DNA of 64,000 bases from the human T2T-CHM13v2.0 reference genome, Homo sapiens. Below, in pieces: positions 43,030 through 62,880 of the stretch. Under the pieces are notes generated by a model. The model was not told where the DNA came from, made no database searches, and was given only the letters and a program-made list of their open reading frames with translations. The translations under genes and the position numbers were made by a program. Every line of letters begins with the position of its first letter. Within the stretch, counting starts at the first letter, position 1. The stretch is taken from the NCBI RefSeq assembly GCF_009914755.1, contig NC_060936.1, one strand, 5' to 3'.

Positions 43030-43690
43030 TCATTCATTTATTCATTCATTCAAGAAACAGGGATGGAGTACCTCCTGTGTTCCAGCACTGTGCCAGGTAC
43101 TGGGAGTACAGCGGTGAACAAAACAAAGATCTCTGCCCTTACAGAACTGACATTCCAGGAAGGGAGACTGCTGTCAAAACCTTAACATATAAATCTCAAA
43201 TGTGACCAGACTCCTAGCTCAAGCTCTAAGTGTCTACGACTATAATAGAACACAAAGGAACAAAAGAATAGCTGGACCTGAAGGATTTTTCCATAGAGTA
43301 AGTTATAACTTAACACTTTCTACTCAGTGATGACAGCACCAACAACACTGATTTTTCTTTATTCCCTCATTGTACAGATAGAGATTGAGCCCCTGCTATG
43401 TGCAGCAGACAGACACTGTTCTAGGTGTGGAACAGTGGTGAGCAAAAACAGATACGTTAAGTCCAAAAAACAGTCAGCTCCTGCCCCCACAGAGTTTAGA
43501 ATCTAGTGGAGGGAGAGACAAAAATCAAATTAAAAAGCAAACAGTACAGGAAGCCACAACAGGGTGTGAATTAGGGGGCATGACAGTCTAGATGGTCAGG
43601 AAAGGCATTCCTAAGACAGTGCTTGACTTGACGCTTCCAGCCAGAAGACGAGAAAGAATTACTTAGGCAAAGGTCAGGGAGCACACACTT
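43030..43690 (-). mobile_element. L2 fragments (two 3'-end pieces)
   Basis: (CATT)n tail, CCAGCACTGTGCCAGGTACTGG..TACAGCGGTGAACAAAACA; CCTGCCCCCACAGAGTTTAGAATCTAGTGG. Confidence 0.7.
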
Positions 43691-43845
43691 ATGGACAGAG
43701 AAAAAGCACATTAACCTACAGTCCCTGAAGAGTAGATACTTACAGGAAATCTCTCAAGAAGCCACGTTCATTTAAGAAAGGAATCTCTAAAACTGAGGCC
43801 TCGTGCAGCAGCCAGCACAAAGGATGCCCAATTTTATCACGTCAA

Positions 43846-47311
<3,466 letters not shown>

Positions 47312-47422
47312 TTATCAAATTTTGATTTCACCTAATCAAATGCTAAAACAATCTACTCAGAACTAACTTCCATCAAGCGGATCTCAAAGTAAAAAGACCT
47401 TCAGGTCTACTTAATTTTTTAA

Positions 47423-47638
<216 letters not shown>

Positions 47639-48188
47639 TGACCTCAAGTTATCCGCCCACCTTGGCCTTCTAAAGTGCTGGGATTACAAGCATGAGACAT
47701 CGCATCTGGCCCAGGTCTAATTTAAAATAAAAGAAATCTGGCCGGGCGCGGTGGCTCATGCCTGTAATCCTAACACTTTGGGAGGCCAAAGTGGGCCGAT
47801 CACCTGAGATCAGAAGTTTGAGACCAGCCTGGCCAACATGGCAAAACCCCATCTCTACTAAAAATACAAAAAGTAGCCGGGAGTGATGGCGCATGCCTAT
47901 AGTCCTAGCCACTTGGGATTCTGAGGCACGAGAATTGCCTGAACCTGGGAGGTGGAGGTTATAGTGAGCCAAGATCACGCCACTATACTCCAGCCTGGGT
48001 GACAGAGTGAGACTCATGTCTCCAAAAAAAAAAGAAAGGAAAAAGAAATCTTAATCTTAAAATATATCTTAAAATAAAGAGCTGTATTGCTACTTTACAA
48101 AATGATTCCAGTGACCACATAATATAGGAAAGGTTCCCATGGGAGTGAAAGATCAGAGCCATCACAAATTGCTATCAAAACAGAATCA

Positions 48189-48513
<325 letters not shown>

Positions 48514-49279
48514 TCACACTTGTAATCCCAGCACTTTGGAAGGCCATGGTGGGAAAAATGCTTGAGCTGAGGAGTTCAAGAACAGTCTGGGTAACAGAGA
48601 GACTTTTTTTTTTTTTTTTTTTTTTTGAGACAGGGTCTCACTGTTGCCCAGGCTAGAGTGCAATGGCAAGATCACGGCTCACTATAGCCTGGACCTCCCC
48701 CGACTCAGGTGATCTTCCTGCTTCAGGGTCCTGAGTAGCTGGGACCAAAGGTGCTCAGCATCACACCTGGCTAATTTTTGTATTTTTTGTAGAGACAGGG
48801 TTTCGTCATGTTGCCCAGCCTGGTCTCGAATTCCTACACTCAAGCAATCCATCACCTCGGCCTCCCAACTCCTGTGCTCAAGCGATCCGTCACCTCAGCC
48901 TCCCAAAGAGCTGGGATTATAGGCATGAACCACCGCGCCCAGCCAGGGTGATCTTGTCTCTAAAACAAATTTAAAAAATTAGCCAGGCGTGGTGGTACAC
49001 ACTTGTAGTCCCAGCTACCCAGGAGGCTGAGGCTAGCAGATGCTTGAACTGGAGAGACAGAGGCTGCAGTGAGCCAAGGTCACACCACTGTGCTCCAGCC
49101 TAGGTGACACAGCGAGACCCTGTCTCAAAAATAAAAGGCAGAAACAAGAATTAGGAGTTAATATTGAAAACAAAAACATTTATTTTCAGCTCCAGGCTTC
49201 GTTGATCTAGAATTGATAAACACTCAATTTCAACAATGCAGTATCTTTTTTCTTTTTTTTTACGTTTTTTGAAATTTTA

Positions 49280-49510
49280 GAAAATGAGATATTCAATAAA
49301 ATTCTCTATTTTAAAGTATACAGTTCATTGGCTTGTAGTATATTCACAAGGTTGTGCAACTGTCATCACTATCTAATTCTAGAACACGTCCATCACTTCC
49401 AGAAGAAAGCCTGTATCCTGTTAGCAGGCACTCCCCATTCGTCTCTTCCTGCCCTGATAACCACCAGTCTACTTTCTGTGTCTATGGACTGGCCTATTCT
49501 GGGTATTTCA
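49280..49510 (-). mobile_element. L1MB-like 3' fragment
   Basis: TTTAAAGTATACAGTTCA.TGG..TGTAGTATATTCACAAGGTTGTGCAAC...CTACTTTCTGTGTCTATGGA.TGGCCTATTCTGG.TATTTCA. Confidence 0.75.
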
Positions 49511-49582
49511 CAGATACCTTAGCATTCAATTTTACACCAATCTGATATATTTTAATTAAATATAGGAACAATTCACACTTAC

Positions 49583-49696
49583 ATCTTCAGATTTGAGCAC
49601 TTCAGCTCTTTCCACATACACTAGCTGGCAAACGTCATCTTCTATTGAGTTGAACTGGCGGCCATTGCATGTCATATAAAAACTATCCGCATCAGC
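49583..49696 (-). CDS. BRAP: BRAP exon 5 (114 nt; ADADSFYMTCNGRQFNSIEDDVCQLVYVERAEVLKSED)
   Basis: Translated by hand from the reverse complement; acceptor ATAG|GCT, donor GAT|GTAAGT; cumulative CDS 747 nt. Confidence 0.96.
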
Positions 49697-50044
49697 CTAT
49701 GTACACCAATGGGGAAAAGGAAAAAAATTAAGACAGATACCCTGAAAATCTGCTTTATATTCAATATGCATGGCTTTATTCATTCTCATCAGCTTTTAAA
49801 ATTTATACTTAGGAGAGAGAGCAACCACCAAAAGTCACATCTACTGAAGCTGATTGGTAGGCTAATCACACTCTGTAAGTCAATATTCCATGTTTACAGT
49901 ATTTCCTGGGCTACAACAGAGTTTTTACCTGAACTGGCAGAAGGTACTGAAGTGCAACAAGCTGAAAGCTGGTACAATTTTCATATTCAACCAGCAACAG
50001 TCAACATTTCCCTTAATAGCAGTTTTTTTTCCCTCTAGTCATCA

Positions 50045-50424
<380 letters not shown>

Positions 50425-50602
50425 TCAAAAAGAAAAAAAAAAAAAAAAGAAAGAAAATGTCAGCACTTATGTTAGAAAAAAATAAAAGACCAGGGGAACT
50501 GGTATGAGATGAAAAACCAACTACTCTTTAATAAACCAAATAATAATAATAATAATATATGATAGTTAGATCCCATCTAATGGGTCCCATCAGGAGGTCT
50601 TA

Positions 50603-50621
50603 AACCGCCACCTAGTGTCCA
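50603..50621 (-). promoter_or_regulatory. Candidate CTCF site in BRAP intron 4
   Basis: Minus strand TGGACACTAGGTGGCGGTT closely matches the CTCF core TGGCCACYAGRKGGCRST; lies in unique sequence. Confidence 0.55.
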
Positions 50622-51949
50622 ATACCAAAAGCAAAGCTCTTGGTCAAGGTCAAGGGGCCCAAGATGAACCAGCCTTTAAAATACTAACAGTCTCATTTGC
50701 TAGCGTTAGAAAATGGGTGAAATGTGGACAAACAGTCCCTTTGAGGCAAAGCTGCAAAGGCACATGTGCGTCTATGAAATGGACACAGGTAAACAGAACC
50801 TTCTAGTCTAGCCTTAGTAGCAAGCAATGGAGACGATTCCAGTTTTTAAACTCAGCCAATTTTTTAAGGCAAGCGGGGAGGCCAAGGCTTGTCTGGATTT
50901 TATTCCCATACGGGCATTAATCCAAACACAGAAAGTTATGTGCTTTGGCCCTACCAACATTGACAGGCTGCTTCTGGGAATTCTGCAACAGGAAATGCAG
51001 CATCGTCAACCTTAAGGAAGAGATTCAGGGCTGCACCAGGCAAAAATATTCCTGCCTGTCCACCCTCACAAGGTTCTGAATCTCACAGACACTGTAAGCT
51101 TCTCGATAGCTTTTAATTCCCCTCTAATGAGGTAATTGTGAATTCTTGATTACTTATGCTTCCCCCCCACCTTTTTTTTTTGAGATGGTGTCTCGCTTTG
51201 TCACCCAGGCTGGAGAGCAATGGCATGACGTCAGCTCACTGCAACCTCTGCCTCCCAGGTTCAAGCAATTCTCCTGTCTCAGTCTCCTGTGTAGCTGTGA
51301 TTATAGGCATACGCCACCACACCCAGCTAATTTTTTGTATTTTAGTAGACACAGGGTTTCACCAAGTTACCCAGGCTCGTCTCGAACTCCTGAGCTCTGG
51401 CAATCCACCCACCTCGGTCTCCCAAAGTGTTAGGATTACAGGCGTGAGCCACCGCGCCTGGCTACTTATGCTTTCTTAACATGACCAAGTGAGCTAAGCA
51501 GCTGAGGAAGGATGATCAATTCTGAATATACTTTTATTTTGGAGGGGCAGAGTGGCAGCAGGTCGGGGTGGAGAGGCTTTACTTAAGAAAATAATCCGTG
51601 TATTGAGCATAGTGCATTACAATTTGAAAATGTTTAAAGCCAGCTGTTGGAGAAGAAGCCTCTTTAATACTAAGAGGTTACAACCTAATATGGCTTCCCC
51701 CATTCTTCAGGAGCAACGGTTTCTTGAAATGCTTTTGGCTAAGTAAGCAGCAAAGTCAGCACATGGATTCACCAGGAGAAAACGGACTGCCTGAAAGTCA
51801 GGGCCTTCTCTCACCTCTTCAGAGCCTCAGGCACCACCAGTGGCTGGTAGAGCCCTCTTGGGGTCTAGAGCTCTGCAAATGCTCACTAAACGACCAGCCT
51901 CCTCTACAGGAAAGGATAAGGCATGTGACCAAAACCATTCAATGAATTA

Positions 51950-52336
<387 letters not shown>

Positions 52337-53224
52337 TTAACATATTGATCTCTTCTTTAAAATCTTGGTATTAGAAATGCACCTTCACCTGTTCACATAT
52401 TTTCTGAGCATCTAGTATGTGCCAGGCCCTGTGCTATGTACTAGGTAGAGAGTAGGGAACAAACTACACATGGTTCCTACTTCAACTCACCATCTAAATG
52501 CACTAAACAAAAGCCTGAAGCTAACTGCCAAGAACATTGCAGAAACAGCTTTTATTGAAAATGTTTGCATTGTGTGGACCCAAAACTTTAAATAAACCTG
52601 GCTTTTGTTTCCCTCTAGTCCTTTGGTTTTATTGTTCTCTTCTGAGGATTAACTCAGAAAAAGACAAATCCATTATGATCAAGTTCCTTCGCTGTCACAG
52701 GAATCAACTACAGTGTTGAGAACATACCTCTACTTCTCCAAGGAGGTGTCTGCTAAGGCTGTGGTAACTAAGCACGCAGGTGAAAAAAGCCAACATACTC
52801 TATTAAGTGGTCATCTGTCCTTTTCTGCCCCCAAGAACAACAAAATTGAACTTCCTTCTGCTTTTCCTATGTCCTGAAGAACTGTAAATTCTCTACCCAA
52901 AGACCAAGTTTCCTAAGGGTCACACTACAAATTGGTAAGCACACCCCCCCTTTTTTTTTGATCTTTTAAAAAAAATTTTTAAGAAACAGGATCTTGCCAT
53001 GTTGCCCAGGCTGGTCTTGAACCCCTGGCCTTAAGCAATACTCCTGTCTTGGCCTCCCAAGGTGTTGGGATTACAGACATGAGCCACCACACCTGGCCTC
53101 ACAACTCTTTCAGCTAAAGCTAAGGCCAACAGAAATTCAAAAATTACCAAAGATAAAGAGAAGGCTTATAAGTCCTTATTTAAAAATCTGTGGTGAGGAA
53201 AAGAATAAAAACATAGTTAGGTGC

Positions 53225-53745
53225 CCAGGCTATGGAGTCAGGCTGCCTAGGTTTGAACCCTAACTCTGACACCTACTAGCTGTTTGGCTGCAGGCAAGTG
53301 ACTTATCTGTGCCTGTTTCCTCAACTGTAAAATACATGGCATTTTTTTTTTTGAGACAGAGTCTCGCTCTGTTGCCCAGGCTGGAGTACAGTGGTGTGAT
53401 CTTGACTCACTGCAACCTCCACATCCCAGGTTCAATAGTTTCTCCTGCCTCAGCCTTTCAAGTGGCTGAGATTACAGGCGTGCGCCACCACATCCAGCTA
53501 AGTTTTATATTTTTAGTAGACATAAGCTTTTACCATGTTGGCCAGGCTGGTCTCAAACCACTGCCCTCAAGTGTTCCGCCCACCTTGGTCTCTCCCAAAG
53601 TGCTGGGATTAAAGGCATGAGGCACTGCACCTGGCCAACATGGCATCGTTGAGAGGATTCAAGGAGACAATGCATGGAAAGCACTTGGCACAGGGTCCGG
53701 TCTCTAGTAAGTGCTTCAGAGTTGGTAGCTACTGAGCCTATTATT
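53225..53745 (+). mobile_element. MIR split by a minus-strand Alu (53342-53636; TSD ACATGGCAT)
   Basis: GGAGTCAGGCTGCCTAGGTTTGAACCC...GGCAAGTGACTTA.CT...TTTCCTCAACTGTAAAAT | GAGGATTCAA.GAGACAATGCATG.AAAGCACTTGGCACAG. Confidence 0.75.
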
Positions 53746-54364
53746 CTCACTACAGCCGATATTAGTTTAACTTCCAGTCTTACACCAAGAGGGTATTATT
53801 AGGTATTAGAAAATCCCTGTTAGGATGATAGGGATTAGCCCCTAAGACCCAGAGTTAGCAATAAATAATACAACTCATGATACCAAGATAAAGGGTTCTA
53901 GCCCCATGGGGAAGAGCATGCAGCAACCTGTTTCGCAGTCTCAGAAAAACATGTCAACTTGAGCAACCTTCACTTGATCAAAAGACACAAGGGGAAGGAT
54001 AGTGCAGATGTACAAGGAAAATTCATTCACAGTAAATATCCACAGTACTACCTGCACATTATGAAGGGCAGTACTTGTTATAGGGAACTGTGTGGGTTTA
54101 TTAAACAGGTGACTGTGGTGGATTTATACGACTTCAGACTATTTCAAAAGCCTGAGTGCTCTTCAACATTTTTTTCCCAATCTATTTCTGGGTCTTTTCC
54201 TTTGTTACTTGCTTATTGCCCTAGTTGTTAAGTAGAAACTGTAACAATACTGCTGTCATAGAATGTCTCACAAACAACCGCCTCCCTTCCCCACACCTTC
54301 ATCCCACTCCTACTAGAAGAGGAACGCGTCCCTGGAATTAAAAGTGAGGGTGCCACACTCTTGC

Positions 54365-54580
54365 TTGTCATTTATGTCTAGCTATGTAACCTTGGGCAAA
54401 CCATGTATCTCCCTCTGCAGTCACCCTCCTCATCTGTAAAACAAAGATAACAACACAGTTTCCGCAAGGGATTGTAGTGAGGATTAAATGAGACAAAGTG
54501 TATTGAACACTTAGCACAGTGAGTGATACAGAAGCCATCGATAAACGTTGGATATTATCATCATTATCCTTATTATTACA
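54365..54580 (+). mobile_element. MIR fragment
   Basis: CTAGCTATGTAACCTTGGGCAA...CCTCATCTGTAAAA...GGATTGTAGTGAGGATTAAATGAGA. Confidence 0.75.
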
Positions 54581-54605
54581 TGTGCTACCAGACTGAAATG
54601 GCTTA

Positions 54606-55229
<624 letters not shown>

Positions 55230-55316
55230 TTAACTTCAAAAAGTCTGGGAACCACCGCTTTTCTGGAATAGTTACCGCTTGTTTAAAAAAACAAACAGGC
55301 CGGGCATGATGGCTCA

Positions 55317-55735
<419 letters not shown>

Positions 55736-56071
55736 CTATAAAAAATCATGGGCATGAGGCCAGGTGCAGTGGCTCAGAGCATCTGTAATCCTAGCACTTT
55801 GGGAGGCCAAGGCAGGAGGATTGCTTGAGGCCAAGAGTAGCCTGGAAAACACAGCAAGATCTCATCTCTACCGAAAAAAAAAAAAGTGTATACGTTATAA
55901 TTGTATTTCTGCTAATGAATTTAGAAATACATCTAGAATTACAATTATATCTTAGAAGACATCTCAAGAATCTTAAGTGCAAAATGTTGTAAATCACACA
56001 CAGCTATCATACAGTTTGAATACCACAGTTTCTGTGGCAAAGAGATTTTTAATAAATTTAATAACTTTTAC

Positions 56072-56261
56072 CTGTGCACGAAACTTTATCAGCACCATAT
56101 ATTGGTTGGGAGTAGAGTCTCTGATAATTTTCATTTGTTCAATTACTTCGTTAAATGGGGCAACAAACTTCATAAGGTCATGACTGGTCATTGCAGCAGG
56201 GACTGTGAGAATACACAGCATGGCACTGCGCCGCACATCTTCTTTTAAGGAGGTCATCTTA
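56072..56261 (-). CDS. BRAP: BRAP exon 4 (190 nt; start of BRAP2/RRM-like domain, KMTSLKEDVRRSAMLC...IKFRAQ)
   Basis: Acceptor T-run-GTTAG|T, donor CAG|GTAAAA; ORF 55994..56257; cumulative CDS 633 nt. Confidence 0.97.
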
Positions 56262-56577
56262 CTAACAAAAAAAAAATTAGAGTGTCTTGAATAGATGAGG
56301 TATGGTTAGTTTAAACAATACTAGACAACTTTTATGTCCAAGAAAACAGGAAAAAATAAAAATTGTAATATTTCATTAATGAACTGTTCTATATTATACC
56401 CCCCATTGGACTTTTTAATCTTCAGTTCAACATTTATTACGGTTATAAATCTGCATTCGGTAAATTTGCAGTGTTTTACTCTCATCAATGTTTGAATAAT
56501 AATCTGTCACTGGTGGCCAGGCACAGTAGCTCATGCTCGTAATCCCAGCACTTTGGCAGGCCGAGGCGGGTGGATCA

Positions 56578-57072
<495 letters not shown>

Positions 57073-58148
57073 TCACTATGTTGGCCAGGCTGGTTTCGAA
57101 CTCCTGACCTCGTGATCCCCCGCCTCGGCCTCCCAAAGTACTGGGATTACAGGCGTGAGCCACCACGCCCGGCAAGAGAGAATTCTAAACCATGAGGATG
57201 TAACTGAGGATTACAGGAAGTGTTACCAAGTTGAGATGGCTGGAATAGAGAGGAAAGAAAATCCTCCCACAATGCAATTTGTTTTTTGAAATGCTGCAAA
57301 CTCACTTGACAGCTGTGATCCAGAATGGCTACCTGTGCCGGGTGCAGTGACTCACACCTGTAATCCCAACACTTTGGGAGGCTGAGGTGGGCTGATCACT
57401 TGAGGTTAGGAGTTCGAGACCAGCCTAGCCAACATGATGAAACCCCATCTCTGCCAAAAAAAAAAAAAAAATTAACTGGGCGTGGTGGTGTGCACCTGTG
57501 GTCCCAGCTACTCTGAGGCAGGAGAATTGCTTGAACCCGGGAGGGGAGGTTGCAGTGAGCCAGGATTGCACCACTGCACTCCAGCCTGAGTTATGGAGTG
57601 AGACCCTGTCTCAAAAAAAAACAAAACAAAAAACAAAACAAAAAACAAAACAAAAAACAAAATGGCTACCTGAATAGTCACTGTTTTCCCAGTAGAGATC
57701 TGGCAAATGAGTTAGCACAAGAACAGCCTTAAGGTATCAGCTACCATTACCCAAGAAGGTAGTGGCTGGGCTTGTGGATTATCTAGCCAAATGCTTCCTT
57801 TCCTTGGGGCTCTAGCAAGCTTTGTTTGAACCACAGAAAATGGTAAAAAAGAGGTAATAAAATTGTAATGAGTTAACTGACTTCTTAGCAGCCTCTTCAG
57901 TAAAGATTTGGTGGGGACATGAGACTACAAAGATGCTGTGGATCATTTTCTTTGTCCTTTCAATTCCCCATCACCTTCCATGCCTATCTGCTAAGAAAAC
58001 ATTTTCCTGGCAGGGCGCAGTGGCTCACGCCTGTAATCCCAGCACTTTGGGAGGCTGAGGCGGGCGGATAACCTGAGGTCGGAGTTCAAGACCAGCCTGG
58101 CCAACAGGGTGAAACCCCATCTCTACTAAAAATACAAAAAATTAGCTA

Positions 58149-58289
<141 letters not shown>

Positions 58290-58557
58290 TCAAAAAAAAA
58301 AAAAGAAAACATTTTTCCCACATATTCTCTTAAGTGTATCCACAAGCATTTCTTTTATAAGGAAAAGCTTTGACCCAATCCACAAGATTAATCAAATGTA
58401 AAACATCTGAGAATTCTCTAACATACAACAGACAAAAGTATTATTATTTTGAAGCTTAAAATACCCACTTTCCTTCAGGACAAGAGACTATGCTAAAGCA
58501 AAGCAAAAAAAAAAAAAAAAAAATTGACTAACCCCCAAGAAAAGAGGGTTTTCTTAC

Positions 58558-58756
58558 TTTGTCTTATATAGGTGCATAATACCATGAACTATTTCAACTG
58601 ATGGATTTCCACTGAAGAATGAAATCTGGTCTGGAAGCTGTTTGGACGGAGAATCTGGGGCAGCGTTTATGCATTCCTTACTGTGATCTTTACTTCTTTG
58701 CGCAGTGGGGGAGGCTTCTGAAGACTTCCTTTCTTCCACTGTAGTTTTTAGTTCAT
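58558..58756 (-). CDS. BRAP: BRAP exon 3 (199 nt; DELKTTVEERK...IMHLYKT)
   Basis: Acceptor GGTGAAAG|AT, donor AA|GTAAGA; lies within ORF 58554..58763; cumulative CDS 443 nt. Confidence 0.96.
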
Positions 58757-59153
58757 CTTTCACCAGTTAAAAAATAGCAGATTATAAATGGATAGGACAT
58801 ATGCTGAAGGATTTGAACTAGATTAAAATTTCAAGTCAGAGGAATAAACTTTGATAGAGTAATTACAATGTAATGCATTAACAGCTATTATTTGTAGAAT
58901 AGCTGAGTTTATGAGGGCATCATACTTTAAAGCTCTCTTTGCTCCATAAAAATCTCATTAACACCCTCAGAAACTTAAGGATGGCTATTACATTTGGCAA
59001 TACCATAATGCAAGCAGGTATCTTCTATCACGAAATCCTAACTGGGACAAACATTCAGGGCTACTAAGGTGGAAATCCAAACCTACCAGTTCTGACCACC
59101 TCCATGTTGGAGATGTAGTACTATCTACACATCCACTTCCGCAGATAAAATGA

Positions 59154-59270
<117 letters not shown>

Positions 59271-59495
59271 TAGCTGGGTGTAGTAGCGTGCACCTGTAGT
59301 CCCAGCTACTTGGGAGGCTGAGAGAGGAAGGAGAATTGCTTGAAACCAGGAGGTGGAGTTGCAGTAAGCCGAGATCATGCCACTGCACTCCCACCTGGGG
59401 ACAAAGTGAGACTGTCTCAAAAAAAAAAAAAAAAAAAAAGAAAAGAAAGAAAGAAAAAATGAGCTGGCAGAGCAGGGGAAGGCACGACATGTTTA

Positions 59496-59826
<331 letters not shown>

Positions 59827-60066
59827 TCAAAAAAAAAAGTCCCCCCCGTCACTGAACTGAATTGTCAACTCCAACTGTTAGGATTAATTTGGAAGAAATA
59901 TTTGGAAACACTAACATGTGGCTTAACAGTGTCATATAAAGCACACACGTAGTGAAAGACAAAAGTATGCTAGATGTTGAAATTGTAGGCTCATCAAACA
60001 CCGTGTATAAAATAGGCAACCAGTGTTCACATTACAAAAGAGAGTCCAGGGTTTTAGAAAGCATAC

Positions 60067-60228
60067 CTGGGTTGGACTTCATGGTCTCAATGATCACATC
60101 TGTCATTTCTCGACGGCCGAGATGCTGATGGATAATCGCTACTTTCTCTCCTGGTGACTTGCCTTCTAAACAGGCTACAGCTGAGGCTAGTGTCGTCTTT
60201 TTTATCTCCTCATCAGACATTTCCCCGG
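60067..60228 (-). CDS. BRAP: BRAP exon 2 (162 nt; AGEMSDEEIKK...TMKSNP)
   Basis: Acceptor TTCTTTAG|CC, donor CAG|GTATGC; lies within ORF 60032..60241. Confidence 0.97.
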
Positions 60229-60453
60229 CTAAAGAACACATGAATGATTAATACAAGGTAATAAAACAAGCTCCTCTCTGTTCTCTATTCCTCTATCATT
60301 AGGTTTTCCTTTTCTTTCTCCTGCCTTCCGCCAAGATGATAAGAAGCCTTTGTAGTATCCATCTCACTCAACTCTGGGACCACTGCAGTACACAGCAAAG
60401 AGTCAATAAGCAGCCAGGACAATATACTCAGAAATGCAGGGCTGTTCTACTGA

Positions 60454-60699
<246 letters not shown>

Positions 60700-61608
60700 T
60701 GATCCACCCGCCTTGACCTCCCAAAGCGCTGGAATTACAGGTTTGAGCCACTGCGCCTGGCCCAAAATCATGCACTTTAAAGCAAATCGCCAAAGAGGGA
60801 GCCTTAGAGAAGATGCAACAGTGATCATGCCCAGATGAGCTAACATTTTAGTAACACCTGATAAAATGAAATTGTGTTCAGCCCAAAATGAAGCTATCAA
60901 GTCCATTAAAAAAACAAAATTTCAAAAACTTGTAGGGGTAGTCTTAAACATCCTGGCTTATGCTCATGCCATGAACCAAGCCATGAACATCTGTGATTAC
61001 TGTCTTAAATCAATGAAACACATGAAAAGGGAAACGGAATTTGGAGACTTAACTGAAATATCCCTAATACATGCTCTGTCAGGGCAGGGACAAGGCCTGT
61101 TTTGCCCACCACTGTATTCCCAGCCCTTATACCACAGTGCCGAGCACACAGAGGAAGCCCTCTAAATGTTTGATGAATAAATGACTACATGACTGACCCA
61201 TGCAGATGTCTATATGCGGCTAATATCAATTTAGCTGACTCTCAGAACTCAGAAGCCACTTTTAGCCTTTGGAAAGGTGCTCATAAGCTATAAAGTCATA
61301 TTCAATCTTTAATTTGCAGCTTCAAAGGTCACGTCCTCAGGAAGTTCCCAATGACACCATCCCTACCTGCCCCCATCCCTCTCTCCAAACCAAACACATC
61401 TTCTTGTAATACTTTCCCAAATTGTTTCTCCTTTCCTTCACAGCACTTACCACAGTTGTAATTCTACACATATTCTGCACTTATTTAATTCATCTGTTTC
61501 CTCCATGATACTGCTGGTGCCATTAAAACAGAGACGCTGTCTGATTCAGCACACAAGGAAGGCTCCAGCAGATATGAGCATAAGTTTTTTTTTTGTTTTT
61601 TTTTTTGA

Positions 61609-61899
<291 letters not shown>

Positions 61900-61979
61900 T
61901 GAATGAATGTTAGTTAATTATCTGAGGACCAAGGAACAGAGCCAGAGCTGCATTCCCCACTAAGGAGCTTCCTCACTTG

Positions 61980-62225
61980 TGTTAATGGTGTAAAAAGCTC
62001 AGACTCAAGTCCAGCTCACTGAGTTAGAATCCCAGTTTCACCCATTACAGATAACCTTGGGCAAATCAATTAATCACTAAGCTTCAGTTTCCCAATGTGT
62101 AAGAGGTACATGTCACATCCATCTGCCTCTTAGGGCTGTTGCAAAGATAATTAAAGAATACAATACACAAAAGGTGCTTAGTACAGTGCTGGGATATAGG
62201 AAGTGTCCAAATTTTAGTTATGACT
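61980..62225 (+). mobile_element. MIR fragment in BRAP intron 1
   Basis: GAGTTAGAATCCCAG...ACCTTGGGCAAATCAATTAA...CTTCAGTTTCCC...TAGGGCTGTTG. Confidence 0.65.
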
Positions 62226-62631
62226 ATGGTTAGGGGGCACTTCAATGGATATCGTTCCAAAAGGGAACAATTTAATTAACCCAGGGACCGTCCAGCGTTG
62301 CTGGGGACCCAGTCCCTGCCTTTACGAAGCCCATAGGGAAGCAAGTGAGACAAACACACCACTCGACTATCTCGAGAGGGAGACGCGCCAGGTATAAACT
62401 AAATGCCCTCAGACGGCACAGGGAGGGAGGTTCGGGGCAGGGCTTCCCTGAGATAACAAACGGGAAGGCCTCTCAAAGGCGGATGGGAAAGAGAGGGATC
62501 CCGATTACCTCTCCGTGTCTTCCTGGGCAACAGCCCTCGCCGCGGGCTTTTCCCGGGCCAGTGCTTTGGGAAGGGAAGCCCTCCGGGCCCAGACCCGGCT
62601 ACAGGGAATGCGGCGAGGCCGCGGGACTCAC

Positions 62632-62713
62632 CCGCGGCGCTGAAGCCGAAGCCGGCGGGGACAGGCGAGTGTTCCGCGAGCTCCAATCGGATAACAACCA
62701 GTGACACACTCAT
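62632..62713 (-). CDS. BRAP: BRAP coding exon 1 (82 nt; MSVSLVVIRLELAEHSPVPAGFGFSAA)
   Basis: ATG at 62713-62711; donor GG|GTGAGT; the peptide matches the recalled human BRAP N-terminus; phase is consistent with exon 2. Confidence 0.97.
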
Positions 62714-62880
62714 AGGGCAGGCGCTGGCCGGCGCGGGCCCCGGCGGGCTCAGGCGAGGCTGGAAGGCGAGCCGAGAGGCCGAGCGGCCCGGGGCCGGCAG
62801 CGCCGCCACCACCTCAATGCAGTTGCCGCCGCCTCAGCAGCAGCAGCTCCTCGAACAGCCCTCGGAGCCACAACAACCTC
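62714..62880 (-). other. BRAP: BRAP 5' UTR (TSS approximate); GC-rich, contains (CTG)4
   Basis: Lies between the ETS/NRF1 promoter core and the ATG; no upstream AUG seen in this stretch. Confidence 0.7.

Noticed and set aside
56258-56263. Tandem acceptor TAG|TAAG at exon 4
   Set aside because: The distal AG is 4 nt away and would frameshift; the proximal AG directly follows the T-tract and restores the known protein.
62835-62847. (CAG/CTG)4 in the BRAP 5' UTR
   Set aside because: Too short to be an unstable repeat; it is not the ATXN2 polyQ tract, which is not in this window.
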